A stretch of DNA of 64,000 nucleotides from Macrostomum lignano (GCA_002269645.1 NIVC01002260.1:62001-126000), one strand, 5' to 3'; positions 1-13,066 are shown, counted from the stretch's first letter. Numbers and translations: made by a program. Notes: generated from the sequence alone by a model not told the origin.

Positions 1-930
1 CGCTGCCTTCGCAGTCGGGCGCGTTGCGTTCGGTTTAGCGCAAAATTTCGCACTGCCTGCGGAAAAGTTTTTACTCCGATGACGTATGATTGGCCTCCAT
101 TCCGGTCAAACGGAACTGCAAGATGTGCTGCCTAAAGTAAATAATTGCTGTGCTGGTTGACAGAACCGCTGCCAATGCAAAACAATGCCAAGGAAGTTTC
201 CTTTTTAACCTTTTTGAACATCTTGTTGAGTGTCAATTCTCTCCTAGCGTTCGTGTGCTTAGACACTGGACTTCGAACTCAGAACTAAGGGGGGGGGGGC
301 ATCGAATGCTTCAGCATCAGTGAGGTATTCGAGACATTCCAGCTTCATTTTATGCTCGAAAGTCGCAAAGGAGAAGGACATCGAGTGACGTCCCGACAGG
401 CTGCAAAATCAATTTCTAAGAACAGGTTTGTGCATGTTGCGATGGAGTTTCTTCTCGTGCTGCCATATCGCGTGACGGCCGGGACTGGCGGCATGAGTCA
501 CCGCATGGCCGCAGTTTTCTGCATGCTTCGCGGTTTAAAAAATCAGCGCTTCGGCGCAATAAAAAACTGCCGTGTTGCGCAACCCGACGCGATCGTGACT
601 CAGCCGCGCGTGGCCAGGGCCGAGGCGTCGCTTCTGCATCAAGCTTCATCCCCAAGTCATTGTCCGAATTCCTCTACAACTGGCCGTTTCACTTCGATGA
701 GGAATTTCCTGCTGCAGCACTTGCCGCTCATCCGTCATTCAGATTTGGCATCGGCGGCATTGCGGCAGAGCTGAACTGACTCGCCAACTGACTGCGGAGG
801 CTGCCGTTTGTTGGCCGATCTGGGAATTCCGGATATCGGGTGGCCATCCGGCCATCCGAAATGATCGAAATGGAATTCCGAAACAGGGGATGTCATAAAT
901 TTTTTTGAGGCCATAGCTTTTCTGTGCGAT

Positions 931-2030
931 CATAGCCATTCTGTGTGGTCATAGTCATTCTGTGTGGTCATAGTCATTCTGTGTGGTCATAGTCATTCTG
1001 TGTGGTCATAGTCATTCTGTGTGGTCATAGTCATTCTGTGTGGTCATAGTCATTCTGTGTGGTCATAGTCATTCTGTGTGGTCATAGTCATTCTGTAGGG
1101 TCATAGTCATTCTGTGTGGTCATAGTCATTCTGTGTGGTCATAGTCATTCTGCGTGGTCATAGTCATTCTGTGTGGTCATAGTCATTCTGTGTGGTCATA
1201 GTCATTCTGTGTGGTCATAGTCATTCTGTGTGGTCATAGTCATTCTGTGTGGTCATAGTCATTCTGTAGGGTCATAGTCATTCTGTGTGGTCATAGTCAT
1301 TCTGTGTGGTCATAGTCATTCTGTAGGGTCATAGTCATTCTGTGTGGTCATAGTCATTCTGTGTGGTCATAGTCATTCTGTGTGGTCATAGTCATTCTGT
1401 GTGGTCATAGTCATTCTGTGTGGTCATAGTCATTCTGTGTGGTCATAGTCATTCTGTGTGGTCATAGTCATTCTGTAGGGTCATAGTCATTCTGTGTGGT
1501 CATAGTCATTCTGTGGGTCATAGTCATTCTGCGTGGTCATAGTCATTCTGTGTGGTCATAGTCATTCTGTGTGGTCATAGTCATTCTGTGTGGTCATAGT
1601 CATTCTGTGTGGTCATAGTCATTCTGTGTGGTCATAGTCATTCTGTAGGGTCATAGTCATTCTGTGTGGTCATAGTCATTCTGTGTGGTCATAGTCATTC
1701 TGTAGGGTCATAGTCATTCTGTGTGGTCATAGTCATTCTGTGTGGTCATAGTCATTCTGTGTGGTCATAGTCATTCTGTGTGGTCATAGTCATTCTGTGT
1801 GGTCATAGTCATTCTGTGTGGTCATAGTCATTCTGTGTGGTCATAGTCATTCTGTGTGGTCATAGTCATTCTGTGTGGTCATAGTCATTCTGTAGGGTCA
1901 TAGTCATTCTGTGTGGTCATAGTCATTCTGTGTGGTCATAGTCATTCTGTGTGGTCATAGTCATTCTGTGTGGTCATAGTCATTCTGTGTGGTCATAGCT
2001 ATTCTGTAGGGTCGTACCCATACTGTGGGA
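931..2030. repeat. 19-bp minisatellite (CATAGTCATTCTGTGTGGT)n, ~57 copies
   Basis: Directly visible near-perfect tandem array with recurrent ...CTGTAGGGT variant. Confidence 0.97.
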
Positions 2031-2989
2031 TCATGGCTACTCATTGGGTTCATGGCCATTCTATCGGCGTCATTCCAAAAGGTCATTAGCCTCTTTCACA
2101 AGAGATCACACTACCAAGTCTAAAGTGTCATAGCCAGTCTATTAGGATCAGCGCCTTGCTACAGAGTTACTCCCAGAGGATTTTTTTGAGACAGGCAGCG
2201 AGTGTCAGGCAGCCCGAACCGATGGATGAACTGTCGATTTTCGTTAATCATCATGTTATTATTATTATTCGAGTTTCAACCTAACACCCACTCAAGGCGG
2301 CATTATCCGATCAATTATAAACTCGATTCACTTCGGGCTTTACCGGAACGGCGTGAGTGGCCGCCCCAGGGGGCACCGGCTCGCTTACTAATTCTGCTGA
2401 TTACGTAATCACTTGGGCCTCAATACGCTACCAACACACCGGCTAGGGGGGGGGGGCAGTTGTCGCACCCCGTGTTAGTCACTTGCGACCCCCAGGTTTA
2501 CTCATTCTCTCACGGAACTCTCATTGTCAGGGGGGAGGAGGGGGTGCAGCGCATGGGCTGCTTTCTTCCCAAAAGCTGGCAGCTCCCTACCCCCCCCCCC
2601 CTGCCCCCGTGACACCGGCGCGCTATGAACAGAATTGCGTCATCTGCCAGTCAAGCGCGTGACTCACTGGGCGCAGATTCTTCCTGTCAGCTCGGGGGTG
2701 GTCTTTAATCGGCGCATTCTGCGTGGGCAATCCGGGGGGGGGAGATGATCAACCAGATGATAATTCCATATTTGTGCCGGAGACTCAACTAGTTGGGGTG
2801 GAGCAGAACTCAGAGCAATGGCTGAAACGATGCGTGCCTTCTGTGCGAGTCGATGATTTGCATTGATTTCTCCAGCAATGAGGGGCAAAGGGAAGCGGCG
2901 CCAACCCCTAATCTTCAGCTCGACATCCTGGCAGCTTTGCACATCAGCATACAATAAAATTTCTGGCTCCCATTGTGCTTCTGCTAGAA

Positions 2990-3375
2990 GTCTGGCGCTT
3001 ACTATCAGGCGCCCCTTACTATCTAGCGCTTCTTACGATCTGGCGCCGTTTACTATCTGGCGCCGTTTACTATCTTGCGCCCTTTACTATCTGGCGCCCT
3101 TTACTATCTGGCGCCCTTTACTATCTGGCGCCCTTTACTATCTGGCGCCCTTTACTATCTGGCGCCCTTTACTATCTGGCGCCCTTTACTATCTGGCGCC
3201 CTTTACTATCTGGCGCCCGTAACTATCTGGCGCCCGTAACTATCTGGCGCCCCCTCTATCTGGCGCTGTTGAATGCCTTTAAAGGAAATATGTTTATAGT
3301 TATTCTACCTGACGCACCACTTTCTTTGATCTGGCGCCCCTATCTATCTGGGGCTACTTCCATTCTGGCGCCACT
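2990..3375. repeat. 17-bp minisatellite (TTTACTATCTGGCGCCC)n with degenerate edges
   Basis: Visible tandem array; explains ORFs 2863..3222 and 2975..3382. Confidence 0.93.
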
Positions 3376-4334
3376 TCTTTGATGTGGCGCTGTCGAATGT
3401 CTTTTCAAAGCAAAGTTTTTAGATTTAAGAAAAAGTATTGAACAGTTTTACAATAGGTATTTGTTTCGAGTGCCAGGCCACAAAAGTGAGTGACCCCGGT
3501 TCGCAATAATCCCAAAAGTCAGAGCTGCATTTTTTTAATCCTCCTCTTCCGCTGAGCTGCCTTTGTGTGACTCAGCTGGCCTTTGTTGCAGCCGCCACGC
3601 AAGTCCCGTCGGCACTGAGGTCGGCAGCGGGCGCAGCGGGCGCAGCGCAAGTCCCCCGGCAGTGAAGAGAGCAGTTGGGGAGGCTCCAGCAAAGAAAATG
3701 TTTGCCGAGCAAAATCCCCACGCAAGCTGGCATCCCATAGGGCGGCTCTGAGGCGGAAGGTGAGAGAAGGGCGAGCGGTGACTCACAAAGGGCGGGGCTG
3801 CCGGGATCCTCGCTGCTCACCTGAGCGCCGCCAGCCGACTCTGCCTCTCTCGCGCCCGACCGAGATCTGTTGCCAGGCCCCCCCCCAGTAACCTTAATTG
3901 ACCCCTCGTCCTCTGCCAAACCTCAGCCTGACCGCCTCAAGATTGATTGCGGCAGTTGCGCATTGCGCAATAGAAAAAATGTTCGCTCGCGAGGGCCGGG
4001 TCGCAGCTCCGTGATTTGATTAGTGGCGCCTTCTCTTATCAATATTTGCGGCTCAGCGCCAATTTGCAATTTCTTCTTTCAGGTTTTGACAGCCGTGACC
4101 GAGCAGCCCCCCTCCCGGTGCTGTTGAGCCGAAGCTGAACTGCGGCATTTTCCTCGGATCCCCCCTCCCGGGATTATGGATTGGGAAATTTCATTTTAGG
4201 GAGTGGGGGAACAGAAATGCCAGCTCTGCTGGTGGCGAGTGACTCATCTCGGCCATTGTGCGAATTGACTGTCTCGTTGCGGGGTCTCAAATCGGAAGAC
4301 GGCTTATTCATAATTCACATCTTTGAGACTCATT

Positions 4335-4785
4335 TAGAGGGGTCAACGGACCTCCCCTTCATGAAACTCATTTCGATAACCTCTCTGACTTGTACTCGCA
4401 AAAAGTTATCCCTTCACAGAGATGCAATATGAGGGTCAACGGACCACCCGAAAAACTTATTTCAATAGGTCAGCGGACCCCCCCCCGCATTGAGAACTAT
4501 TTAGAGGGTCAGTGGACCTCTCCTCACATTCAGAACCATTTGTAGAAGTCAACGGACCTGCCCTGAGGCTAGTTTAGAGGGGTCAAGGACCTCCCTCTAT
4601 TGAGATGATACTCATTAGGAGGGGTCAATGGACCTCCTCCTCTATGAAACGCACTTAGAGGATTGCCCCACACTTAGACTTACATCTACGAGTTGCAGAA
4701 GGGGTCAATGGACCTCCCCTCATTGGGTCTCATTGAGAGGGTCAACGGGCCCAATTTATTAGAGGGGTCAAGGGCCCCATGCAAA
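4335..4785. repeat. ~10 dispersed copies of an imperfect palindrome GAGGGGTCAAYGGACCTCC separated by variable sequence
   Basis: Copies begin near 4335, 4430, 4466, 4501, 4542, 4574, 4616, 4698, 4735 and 4760. Confidence 0.75.
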
Positions 4786-5296
4786 ATCTGGCTCCAGTTG
4801 CAGTGTTTCTTCAACTGCAATAATTTCGCACAGGAGGGGGGTGGGGCGGTGCCAGTGCGTGAGCAGTTTGAGATCAGCTCGGGAGCTTGAGTCAGCGCCC
4901 ACGCCTCATCCCCAGCGGCGCACTACGCTTATCAGATCGGCCGCCCTGATTATTTGAGCTGCTGCTGGCGGGAATTAGCAAAAATTAACGCCGTTCGATG
5001 GAGAATCTCTGTGAAGCTGCGAACAGCTCAATGGATTATCAGATGGATTATAAAGCCAAAAAGCGCTCTAAGAGTGAAGCGGTGAGCTGAGTCAGAGGAG
5101 CTGAAATTTAGGGCTAAAACTCTGCAATATCGGTGACTCAGAACTTTCAACTCCAGTTTATTTAACAGCTGCATCAAATTAATGAATTTTAAGCATGGAG
5201 GAGTGCAGGAAAACAACTGGGCTGGGAGTCATAAACACCCAGTTTCAGATGCACCCGCGTCACTTCGAATTGCTGCGTCATGCATGAAGTGTTTTG

Positions 5297-6225
5297 GCGC
5301 CACCGGGGATTAGCAAAACCAGGGACATTTGGCGCCACCAGTGACATTTTGGCGCCACCAGGGACATTTTGGCGCCACTAGGGCTATTTTGGCGCCTCCA
5401 GGGACATTTTGGCACCACCAGGGACATTTTGGCGCCACCAGGGATATTTTGGCGCCACCAGGGACATTTTGGCGCCACCAGGGACATTTTGGCGCCACCA
5501 GGGACATTTTGGCGCCACCAGGGAGTATTTTGGCGCCACCGGGATATTTTGGGGCCACTGGGGATATTTTGGCGCCACCAGGGACATTTTGGCGCCACCA
5601 GGGACATTTTGGCGCCACCAGGGACATTTTGGCGCCACCAGGGAGTATTTTGGCGCCACCGGGATATTTTGGGGCCACCAGGGATATTTTGGCACCACCA
5701 GGGACATTTTGGCGCCACCAGGGATATTTTGGCGCCACCAGGGACATTTTGGCGCCACCAGGGACATTTTGGCGCCACCAGGGACATTTTGGCGCCACCA
5801 GGGAGTATTTTGGCGCCACCGGGATATTTTGGGGCCACTGGGGATATTTTGGCGCCACCAGGGACATTTTAGCGCCACCAGGGACATTTGGCGCCACTAG
5901 GGATATTTTGGCACCACCAGGGAGTATTTTGGCGCCACCGGGATATTTGGGGCCACTGGGGATATTTTGGCGCCACCAGGGACATTTTAGCGCCACCAGG
6001 GACATTTTTTGGCGCCACCAGGGACATTTTGGCGCCACCAAGGACATTTTGGCGCCACCAAGGACATTTTGGCGCCACCAGGGATATTCGGATGCCACCT
6101 GGGTATTCTGGCGCCACCTGGGTATTTCAGCGCCACCAAGGATAGGGATTAGTTTTGGCGCCGTCAAGGATATTTTAGAGCCGTCAGGGTGATTTTGGTC
6201 TGGATATGGATATTTTAGCGCCATG
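5297..6225. repeat. 20-bp minisatellite (GGGACATTTTGGCGCCACCA)n, ~45 copies
   Basis: Visible tandem array; generates all overlapping ORFs between 5278 and 6224. Confidence 0.96.
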
Positions 6226-6711
6226 CTCGCTTCTTGGCCGATTATATCAATAAAAATTTGGCGTCATCGAAAGTAGCTCGCGCTATAAAAAGAATCACAC
6301 TAGCTATTATCACATTCAATTAATAATTGTCAGTTGCGGTCTCCGGCCCTGGACTGACTGAGCACTCACTGCGCTCACTGGCCGCCGCCCCCGCCCGCAC
6401 TGCACGGCTCAGCCCCCCCCGCCCCAGCTTAGTCAGTTTTGGGGTGTCAGAGGTCGCCGAGGCACCCCATGCAGTTGGAATTCGCTTTGTTTAGCCATGT
6501 TAATCATCGCGGCTGCCGGCCTGTTCTGCTGTTGAGTCACTCGAGCTGCCGCAAACACATTTCAGACTTGTGGAAGCATGTTAAGGTAAGACGGGGGGCT
6601 TCCTACATGACAGAGCAGGTTAGCACTCATCTGATCGTGTCCTAAGCTCGTCTGCTGGTTTAAATTCGAGTCAATGAATATTTGTCACTTTTTTGGACAT
6701 CACCGGGAGAG

Positions 6712-6960
6712 GAGAGGAAGAGGGAAGGGATAGGAGAGGAGGGAGAGAGCGGAGAGGAGAGGGGAGAGGGAGAGGTGAGGGGTAGGGAGAGATAGAGGGA
6801 GAGAGAGGAGAGGTAGGGAGAAGAGAGGGAGAGATCGAGGAGAGGGAGATGAGGAGAGGGGTAGAGAGGAGAGAAGAGTAGAGGGAGGAGAGGCAGAAGA
6901 TAAGGAGAGGGGAGGCGGAGTCCGGAGAGAGAAGAAGAAAAAGGTGATTAAGAGGAGAGA
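6712..6960. repeat. Polypurine (GA-rich) low-complexity tract
   Basis: Nearly pure A/G on + strand. Confidence 0.9.
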
Positions 6961-7854
6961 GTGATTATTAAGAGGCCGCTAAAACAAAGGCCGTCAGCCC
7001 GATGATGCAGTCCTGGGCTGCCCCCCCAGCCAGCCCCCCATTGTCCGAAACTTCTACTAAGCAAGTAAAATTGCCCAAAAAATGGAAACTGCCGCCCTCC
7101 CCCCAGCCGCATCGCAAACAGTTGCGGGCGCTCCGAGGGTCCGCGCGACCCCCCGCGGCGCTTAGCGTAAGTCACCTGCGGGGAGAGGGACAAGCTTAAG
7201 AGTTGCGATAAGGCGGCCCCCAAGTGGCCAGTCATCTGACTGTTCAATAACTCTGCAATGATTCTATTAGTCACCCGCCAGCCACTCAGTCCTAATTGCC
7301 GGAGATTTCCGCGGCCTCTCCCGTGTTTAACACGCGCGCCCCTTCCGCATTGGGCTGGCGTGTGTCCTGCGTTATTGAACCTGATTAGTCAGTTGGTCCT
7401 GGCGGCCGCGTAGCAATCTGCTCTGGTTGGCTGGCCGTTGCCTAGCGACCGGCCGGGGAACCCCCTGTCTGTCTGCGGCCTGCGCACTGGCTGGCTGAGT
7501 CAGCCAGGGGGTGGGGGCGGGGGGGATTCCCCCAAAGGCCCGCCGCCGCCTCCTCCTCCTCCGGGCAGCATAAATTCCCAACTCAGCTCTTCCCCTCTGT
7601 TCGCTCCCTAAGCGGAACTGCACCGTCTGATTCATAATTTCCTCTCGTTCATCGCGTCATCACCGGCTTTGCCGAAGCATCCGCCCTCCCCCCGGTTCTC
7701 GAATAAAATCCTCGAGTTCGGACTGAGCCAGACTCTTCTCTTCTTCATCAGTTCGATTCGAGTCCGGTCATTTTTTCTCTCGAGCGTAGCATCGCCTCAG
7801 CAGTGGCAGATAATCGGATTCATCCCTGGTAGCAGCACCCCATCCCGAGTAATC

Positions 7855-8070
7855 ATGCGATCTCAGCAGCCGGGCGAGGACGAGAACAGGACCGTTGCGG
7901 CCGCCCCGGCGGCCCAGATCGCGCCGGTGGCGAAGAGGGCGCGGCCCGGCCGGCTGCAGCTCGAGTTTCCGGTGCAGCTTCCGGCGGCGGCGGACTCGGC
8001 GGCCTCGGCTCCCCGCTGAGCCCCATCTCGGCCAACCCCAGCATCCTGGGAGCGCGGAAACGGAGGAAAG
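7855..8070 (+). other. Orphan GC-rich exon candidate (ATG 7855, strong donor AAAG|GTAAGC at 8071)
   Basis: GC-rich island with ATG and consensus donor. The ATG frame stops at 8019 (54 aa) and no matching downstream coding exon was found. Confidence 0.3.
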
Positions 8071-8429
8071 GTAAGCGAAGTCTCGGGCTTGAGATGGAGA
8101 TTTTGATATGCAGTTTTTTGTTGGATCGTATTGGAATCTCAGACTGAGGTGATGCCAGTTTTAAGTTTTGAGACAGATCCCAGTTTTTAGATGTTAGTTT
8201 TGGGTTTGAGAAGTCATTCTCAACTTTTAGGTGTCATTTTTTCGTTTAAAATGTTCGTTTTGCACGAGACGTCAGCTTTGAGTCTGTTGAGTCAAAGTTG
8301 AGTCTATGGTGTCAGCTTTGAGTCTGGGGTGTTCAGGTTTAGGTTTAAGATGTCACTATTTTGATTGAGGTATCAGATTCTGGAGTGTCAAATTTGAGTT
8401 TCATGTACCAGGAGTTGAGTTAAAGATAT

Positions 8430-9178
8430 CGGATCGAAGTCACAATGTTGATTTGAGATCGCAGATTTGAGGTCTCAGCTTCGATTTTGAGACCGCAGTT
8501 TTTTGGAGATCGCAGATTTTATTTTGAGACTGCAGATTTGATTTGGAGATCGCAGATTTGATTTTGAACAGGCAAATTAGATTTTGAGAACGCAGATTTG
8601 GTTTATAACTCACAGCTTTGATTTTGAGCTGGCAGATTTGATTTTGAGACCGCATATTTTATTTGGAGATCGCAGATTTGAGACCGCAGATTTGATTTGG
8701 AACTGGCAGATTTGATTTAGAACTGGCAGATTTGATTTAGAACTGGCAGATTTGGTTTAGAACTCACAATTTGATTTTGAACTGGCAGATTTGGTTTTGA
8801 GCTGGCGAGTTGATTTTGAACTGGCAGATTTGATTTTGAGACCGCATATTTGATTTGGAGATCGCAGATTTGAGACCGCAGATTTGATTTTGAACTGGCA
8901 AATTTGATTTAGAACTGGCAGATTTGGTTAAGAACTCACAGTTTTGATTTTGAACTGGCAGATTTGGTTTTGAGCTGGCAGATTTGATTTTGAGACCGCA
9001 TATTTTATTTGGAGATCGCAGATTTGAGACGCAGATTTGATTTTGAACTGGCAAATTTGATTTAGAACTGGCAGATTTGATTTTGAGACTGCAGATTTGA
9101 TTTGGAGATCGCAGATTTGAGACCGCAGATTTGATTTGGAGCTCGCAGATTTGAGACCGCAGATTTGATTTGGAGATC
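8430..9178. repeat. Compound minisatellite built on GCAGATTTGATTTTGA(GACC/ACTG) units, running into the assembly gap
   Basis: Visible tandem array, degenerate from ~8100. Confidence 0.9.
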
Positions 9179-9380
9179 NNNNNNNNNNNNNNNNNNNNNN
9201 NNNNNNNNNNNNNNNNNNNNNNNNNNNNNNNNNNNNNNNNNNNNNNNNNNNNNNNNNNNNNNNNNNNNNNNNNNNNNNNNNNNNNNNNNNNNNNNNNNNN
9301 NNNNNNNNNNNNNNNNNNNNNNNNNNNNNNNNNNNNNNNNNNNNNNNNNNNNNNNNNNNNNNNNNNNNNNNNNNNNNNNN
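9179..9380. other. Assembly gap (202 N)
   Basis: Run of N; contiguity across it is unproven. Confidence 1.
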
Positions 9381-10288
9381 GCTCCCTGGTTGCACCACTG
9401 GTAACATTCCAAATGAAATGCTAAACCAGCTCAGCTTGATAAGACTAATTAACACTGTAAACATTGTTCAATCGCCGTATGAACTTTTGAAATTTCATAG
9501 GAGGCCTGATTTCTAGAAAATATTAGTAAAAAGAATTAAGAAAAAAGACTTTACACTTTTTAAATTATTTACAAATTCTAAATGGTATTTGTTTTATCTA
9601 ATAAGCTAAAAGGGTTTATTTTAAACAATCAATTATTTTCTCTTAATTCATATAATTGTTAGTGGCAGAGTAGTTCACAATTGAATATGATCATGATTGC
9701 TGGCTGTTGTGAGCATTGTTATGATCCTAGCCACCCCCATCCAATGATGATCACGCATTTGCTGTCCTGTTGCAAAGTTTATTTATAATAAACAAAAAGT
9801 TAGTATATAGGTCGAGTCAACGTTTGGTTGGGTCTTTATCTTGTAATAATATTTTTAGATACACTCGTACTTTAAAAAAATGATTTCGTTATCTTTAATT
9901 TAGCTATTTTTAAGATATACATTCCAGATATTTCCTTTTAATAATATATACACATGAATATTGACGTTGTATTTAATATTTTGTTGGCAGATGAAATGAC
10001 TACATTGTATTTTGTAGACAAGAGTAGCAGAGCAGATGAACTGGCAACAGACAAAATGACTGTCAACCTCTTTGGCCAGCTATAAAAATTAGTATTTGGG
10101 TTGTATCTATGGCTACGCTATAAAAATAACTGTTAGGCCTATCTTACCTAATGAAAATTATACCAAGGCCAAGAAGTGTCCTAGAGTCACTTGCATTGCT
10201 CTAGAGTCATTTCAGATGCATTTCAGATTACAGAGGTTAAATAGAAAAGAAATTATTTTAAATGAACTAAATGATAAGATATCATAAT

Positions 10289-10893
10289 GGCAGTGCTTAT
10301 CCCCACAGTACCGTAGGAATAATTTCTGTCTTATTCCAATGGTACCGTGGGAATAATTTTCTGCTTATCTGCACGGCACACTGACGAGATAGCTGCCCCA
10401 TCTTCTACATATGCCGTGGGGATAATTTTCTGCTTATCCGCACGGCACACTAACAAGATAGGGCGAATTGTTGAAGCAATGCAATAATCTATACAAACAA
10501 ATAGCTAATTTACATGTCTAGTAGAAGTCTACAACAGAAGCGGCAATGCACTTTTCGGTATGATCTCCGAATTATACTTTGCTAAAAATTCAAATTATAA
10601 ACAATTACTAAAGCAATTTACCTTAAATCTATGTCATAAATACAAAAAAGTGTTTTTGCATAAAAAGGCAATTAAATCTTTACTTCTATAAAACTAATGG
10701 CCAAGCAAAGTTATGTTGTTATACTGCACTTAAACCGTAAGTACTAAATTATTCCCACCGTCCCACGGCATATGTAGAAGATAGGGCAGCTATCTCGTCA
10801 GTGTGCCGTGCGGATAAGCAGAAAATTATCCCCATGGTACCGTTGGAATAAGACAGAAATTATTCCTACGGTACCATGGGAATAAGCACTGCC
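10289..10893. mobile_element. Mutator-like MITE (605 bp, ~135-bp TIRs, 9-bp TSD)
   Basis: TIRs GGCAGTGCTTAT... / ...ATAAGCACTGCC; exact TSD TATCATAAT at 10280-10288 and 10894-10902. A 9-bp TSD with long TIRs is characteristic of MULEs. Confidence 0.85.
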
Positions 10894-11072
10894 TATCATA
10901 ATACAACATTACAAGTTCCTTAAAAGTCATCATATCATAAAGTTACCCTAGAATTACTTTAAAGCATTTTATTGTTTGCAACTCTAAAACACTTCTTGGG
11001 CAACTCTAGTGACTCTAGGGCAATGGTATAATGATTCTAGGGCTATAAGGCAATATTTGAGGCATTCCAGAG

Positions 11073-11860
11073 TAGTGATGGACCAAATGTAGATTTTTGC
11101 AAGTTTCCAAAACCGAATCCAAATCTAGATATCTAAATGTATTTCCAAATATAGACAAAAGTTAAAGGTAAATGGTGGGAATAACTATGAGTATGACTAT
11201 GAGACCTTTTAGTTATAAAAATGTCTCATCATCTAATTAATAATTGTATTAGTGCTATATATTAATTTACTAACAAGATTCAATCTATCTTGAGCTTATA
11301 CTATATCTATCTAGTATCTAAATTGAATTGAACTTAGAATTATACTTAATTATTATATATCTAATCTAACTAATTCCAATTACTAATACTAACTAATATT
11401 ACATTTGTGCAATTTGATAACTTTATTGTGTATAGTGCATATAAAGTCCATTGCATTTGCACTTTGAAAAAAGTAATGATTATACTTAAAACAATGATTA
11501 CCTAAAAATGTTTCTGCAACTTTAGGTTGAATGCCTCAAAGGTCCTAAAGTTAAGTAAATTTACTTAATAACACTTAAAAAAATATGCACATTACTACAA
11601 AAACAGAAAATTGTAAAGACAAACAATATGACCTTAACTTTTGTGTTCTCATTTTTTAAATTTATTTTCTTTTTTTCAAAAGTTGTATTTCTTTTATGTT
11701 TGCTTAATTTTGTTTTGGTTTATTGATTTTTTCCATATTTGAGAGCACATTTGGAAATATTTGGAAAAAATATTTTCAAATCCAAAACATTTATATTTCT
11801 AAAAAATTGAGACATTTTTTGGATTTAGATTACAAATCCAAATATTTAGATCCATCACTA
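11073..11860. mobile_element. hAT-like MITE (788 bp, short TIRs, 8-bp TSD)
   Basis: TIRs TAGTGATGGA / TCCATCACTA; TSD TTCCAGAG (11065-11072) vs TTCCAAAG (11861-11868), one mismatch. Confidence 0.75.
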
Positions 11861-13066
11861 TTCCAAAGTCATATTAGAATTACTGAGTTGTATTTGATCT
11901 TTGAAACACATTTGCATTGCTTAATGAATTAGAATTATTAAGCAAGTAAAAATGCTTCTAGCATTTTAGTAGCATTCTGCAGTTGCTAAAAAGTTGCAAA
12001 AGAAGCACTTTAGCATCCCTATAGAATTATTATTGCATCACTTTTTAGGCATTCTGGATGTATTACAGAGTTGTGACTACTAGTATTAGCTTTAAATAAA
12101 CTATTAGATCGTCATTTTTGGGCAAATAGAAAATGCACTACTTATCAACTCAAAAGTGATACACTAACAATTTTACAGTAATGCAAAAGTATCTCATTTG
12201 CAACTTTTGATATCTCTTTGTTTTAGAGTAAATTAAAATTGTTTCTTTCTTATTTAACCTATATCATCTGCAATAAGTCTAAAACAACTCTAGGGCAGTG
12301 CAAGTAATACTAGGATGCTTCTTGGCCTGGGTACCATTTTTATCAGGCAATAAACACTTATTTTTTTAGCCTATTGAACTTTAATTGCATTCTAACTAGC
12401 TTACTGAGTTAGTAAAAAGTTAAGCGCTAGCACAAAAATTCTTTGACAACTTTTTTGTGATTCTTTTACGATTCTAAACATTCTAAGCCCTAGACACTAG
12501 ACAATTAAAGTTGTTTGCAACAACTTTTTAACTACTTGTATCATAGTATCATTTTCAATAGGTTAAGTAAATGGATAATGCCAATGGTATATATTATTAT
12601 TAAATATATATAAGCTTAGCATTCAGTATATAGCACTTTCAATACTATATTTTAATTAATATAGAATATATTCAAAATTCAAAATATTAAATTTGAAACC
12701 AAATTTAAATCTGACTAAATTATATAACATATAATACAATCAATATTAACTTTGGTAATAGCCATATTGATAACTGCCTTTTCAATAACAAAGATAACAG
12801 ATTTTAGTTTTATAACTAATATGTTAATTATTTTATTGCCAAGTACAAGTATAATTTAATTCTCTACTTAAATTATATTATAGAGTTTGACCAAGGTAAG
12901 ATTTTTATTTTCAAGCAAGATTATGTGAGAATTTTATTAAAAAATTGAGATTGAGAATAAGTTGATCAAGAATTAAAGATCCAGCTACAATTGTGAATTT
13001 GTATAGGAAGAATAGTACTTATGATAAGAAATATATGAAATTTAGCCTATATTATTAGTAAGTAGA

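Noticed and set aside
2255-2450. Possible minus-strand retroposon 3' end with (AAT)n tail
   Set aside because: Only the tail supports it; no Pol III boxes or RT similarity identified
3519-3919. Minus-strand ORFs with a plausible ~70-nt GT-AG intron
   Set aside because: No recognisable product or clear start in any frame; may be UTR or regulatory DNA
4335-4785. CRISPR-like repeat-spacer appearance
   Set aside because: Eukaryotic context, degenerate repeats, highly variable spacer length, no cas genes
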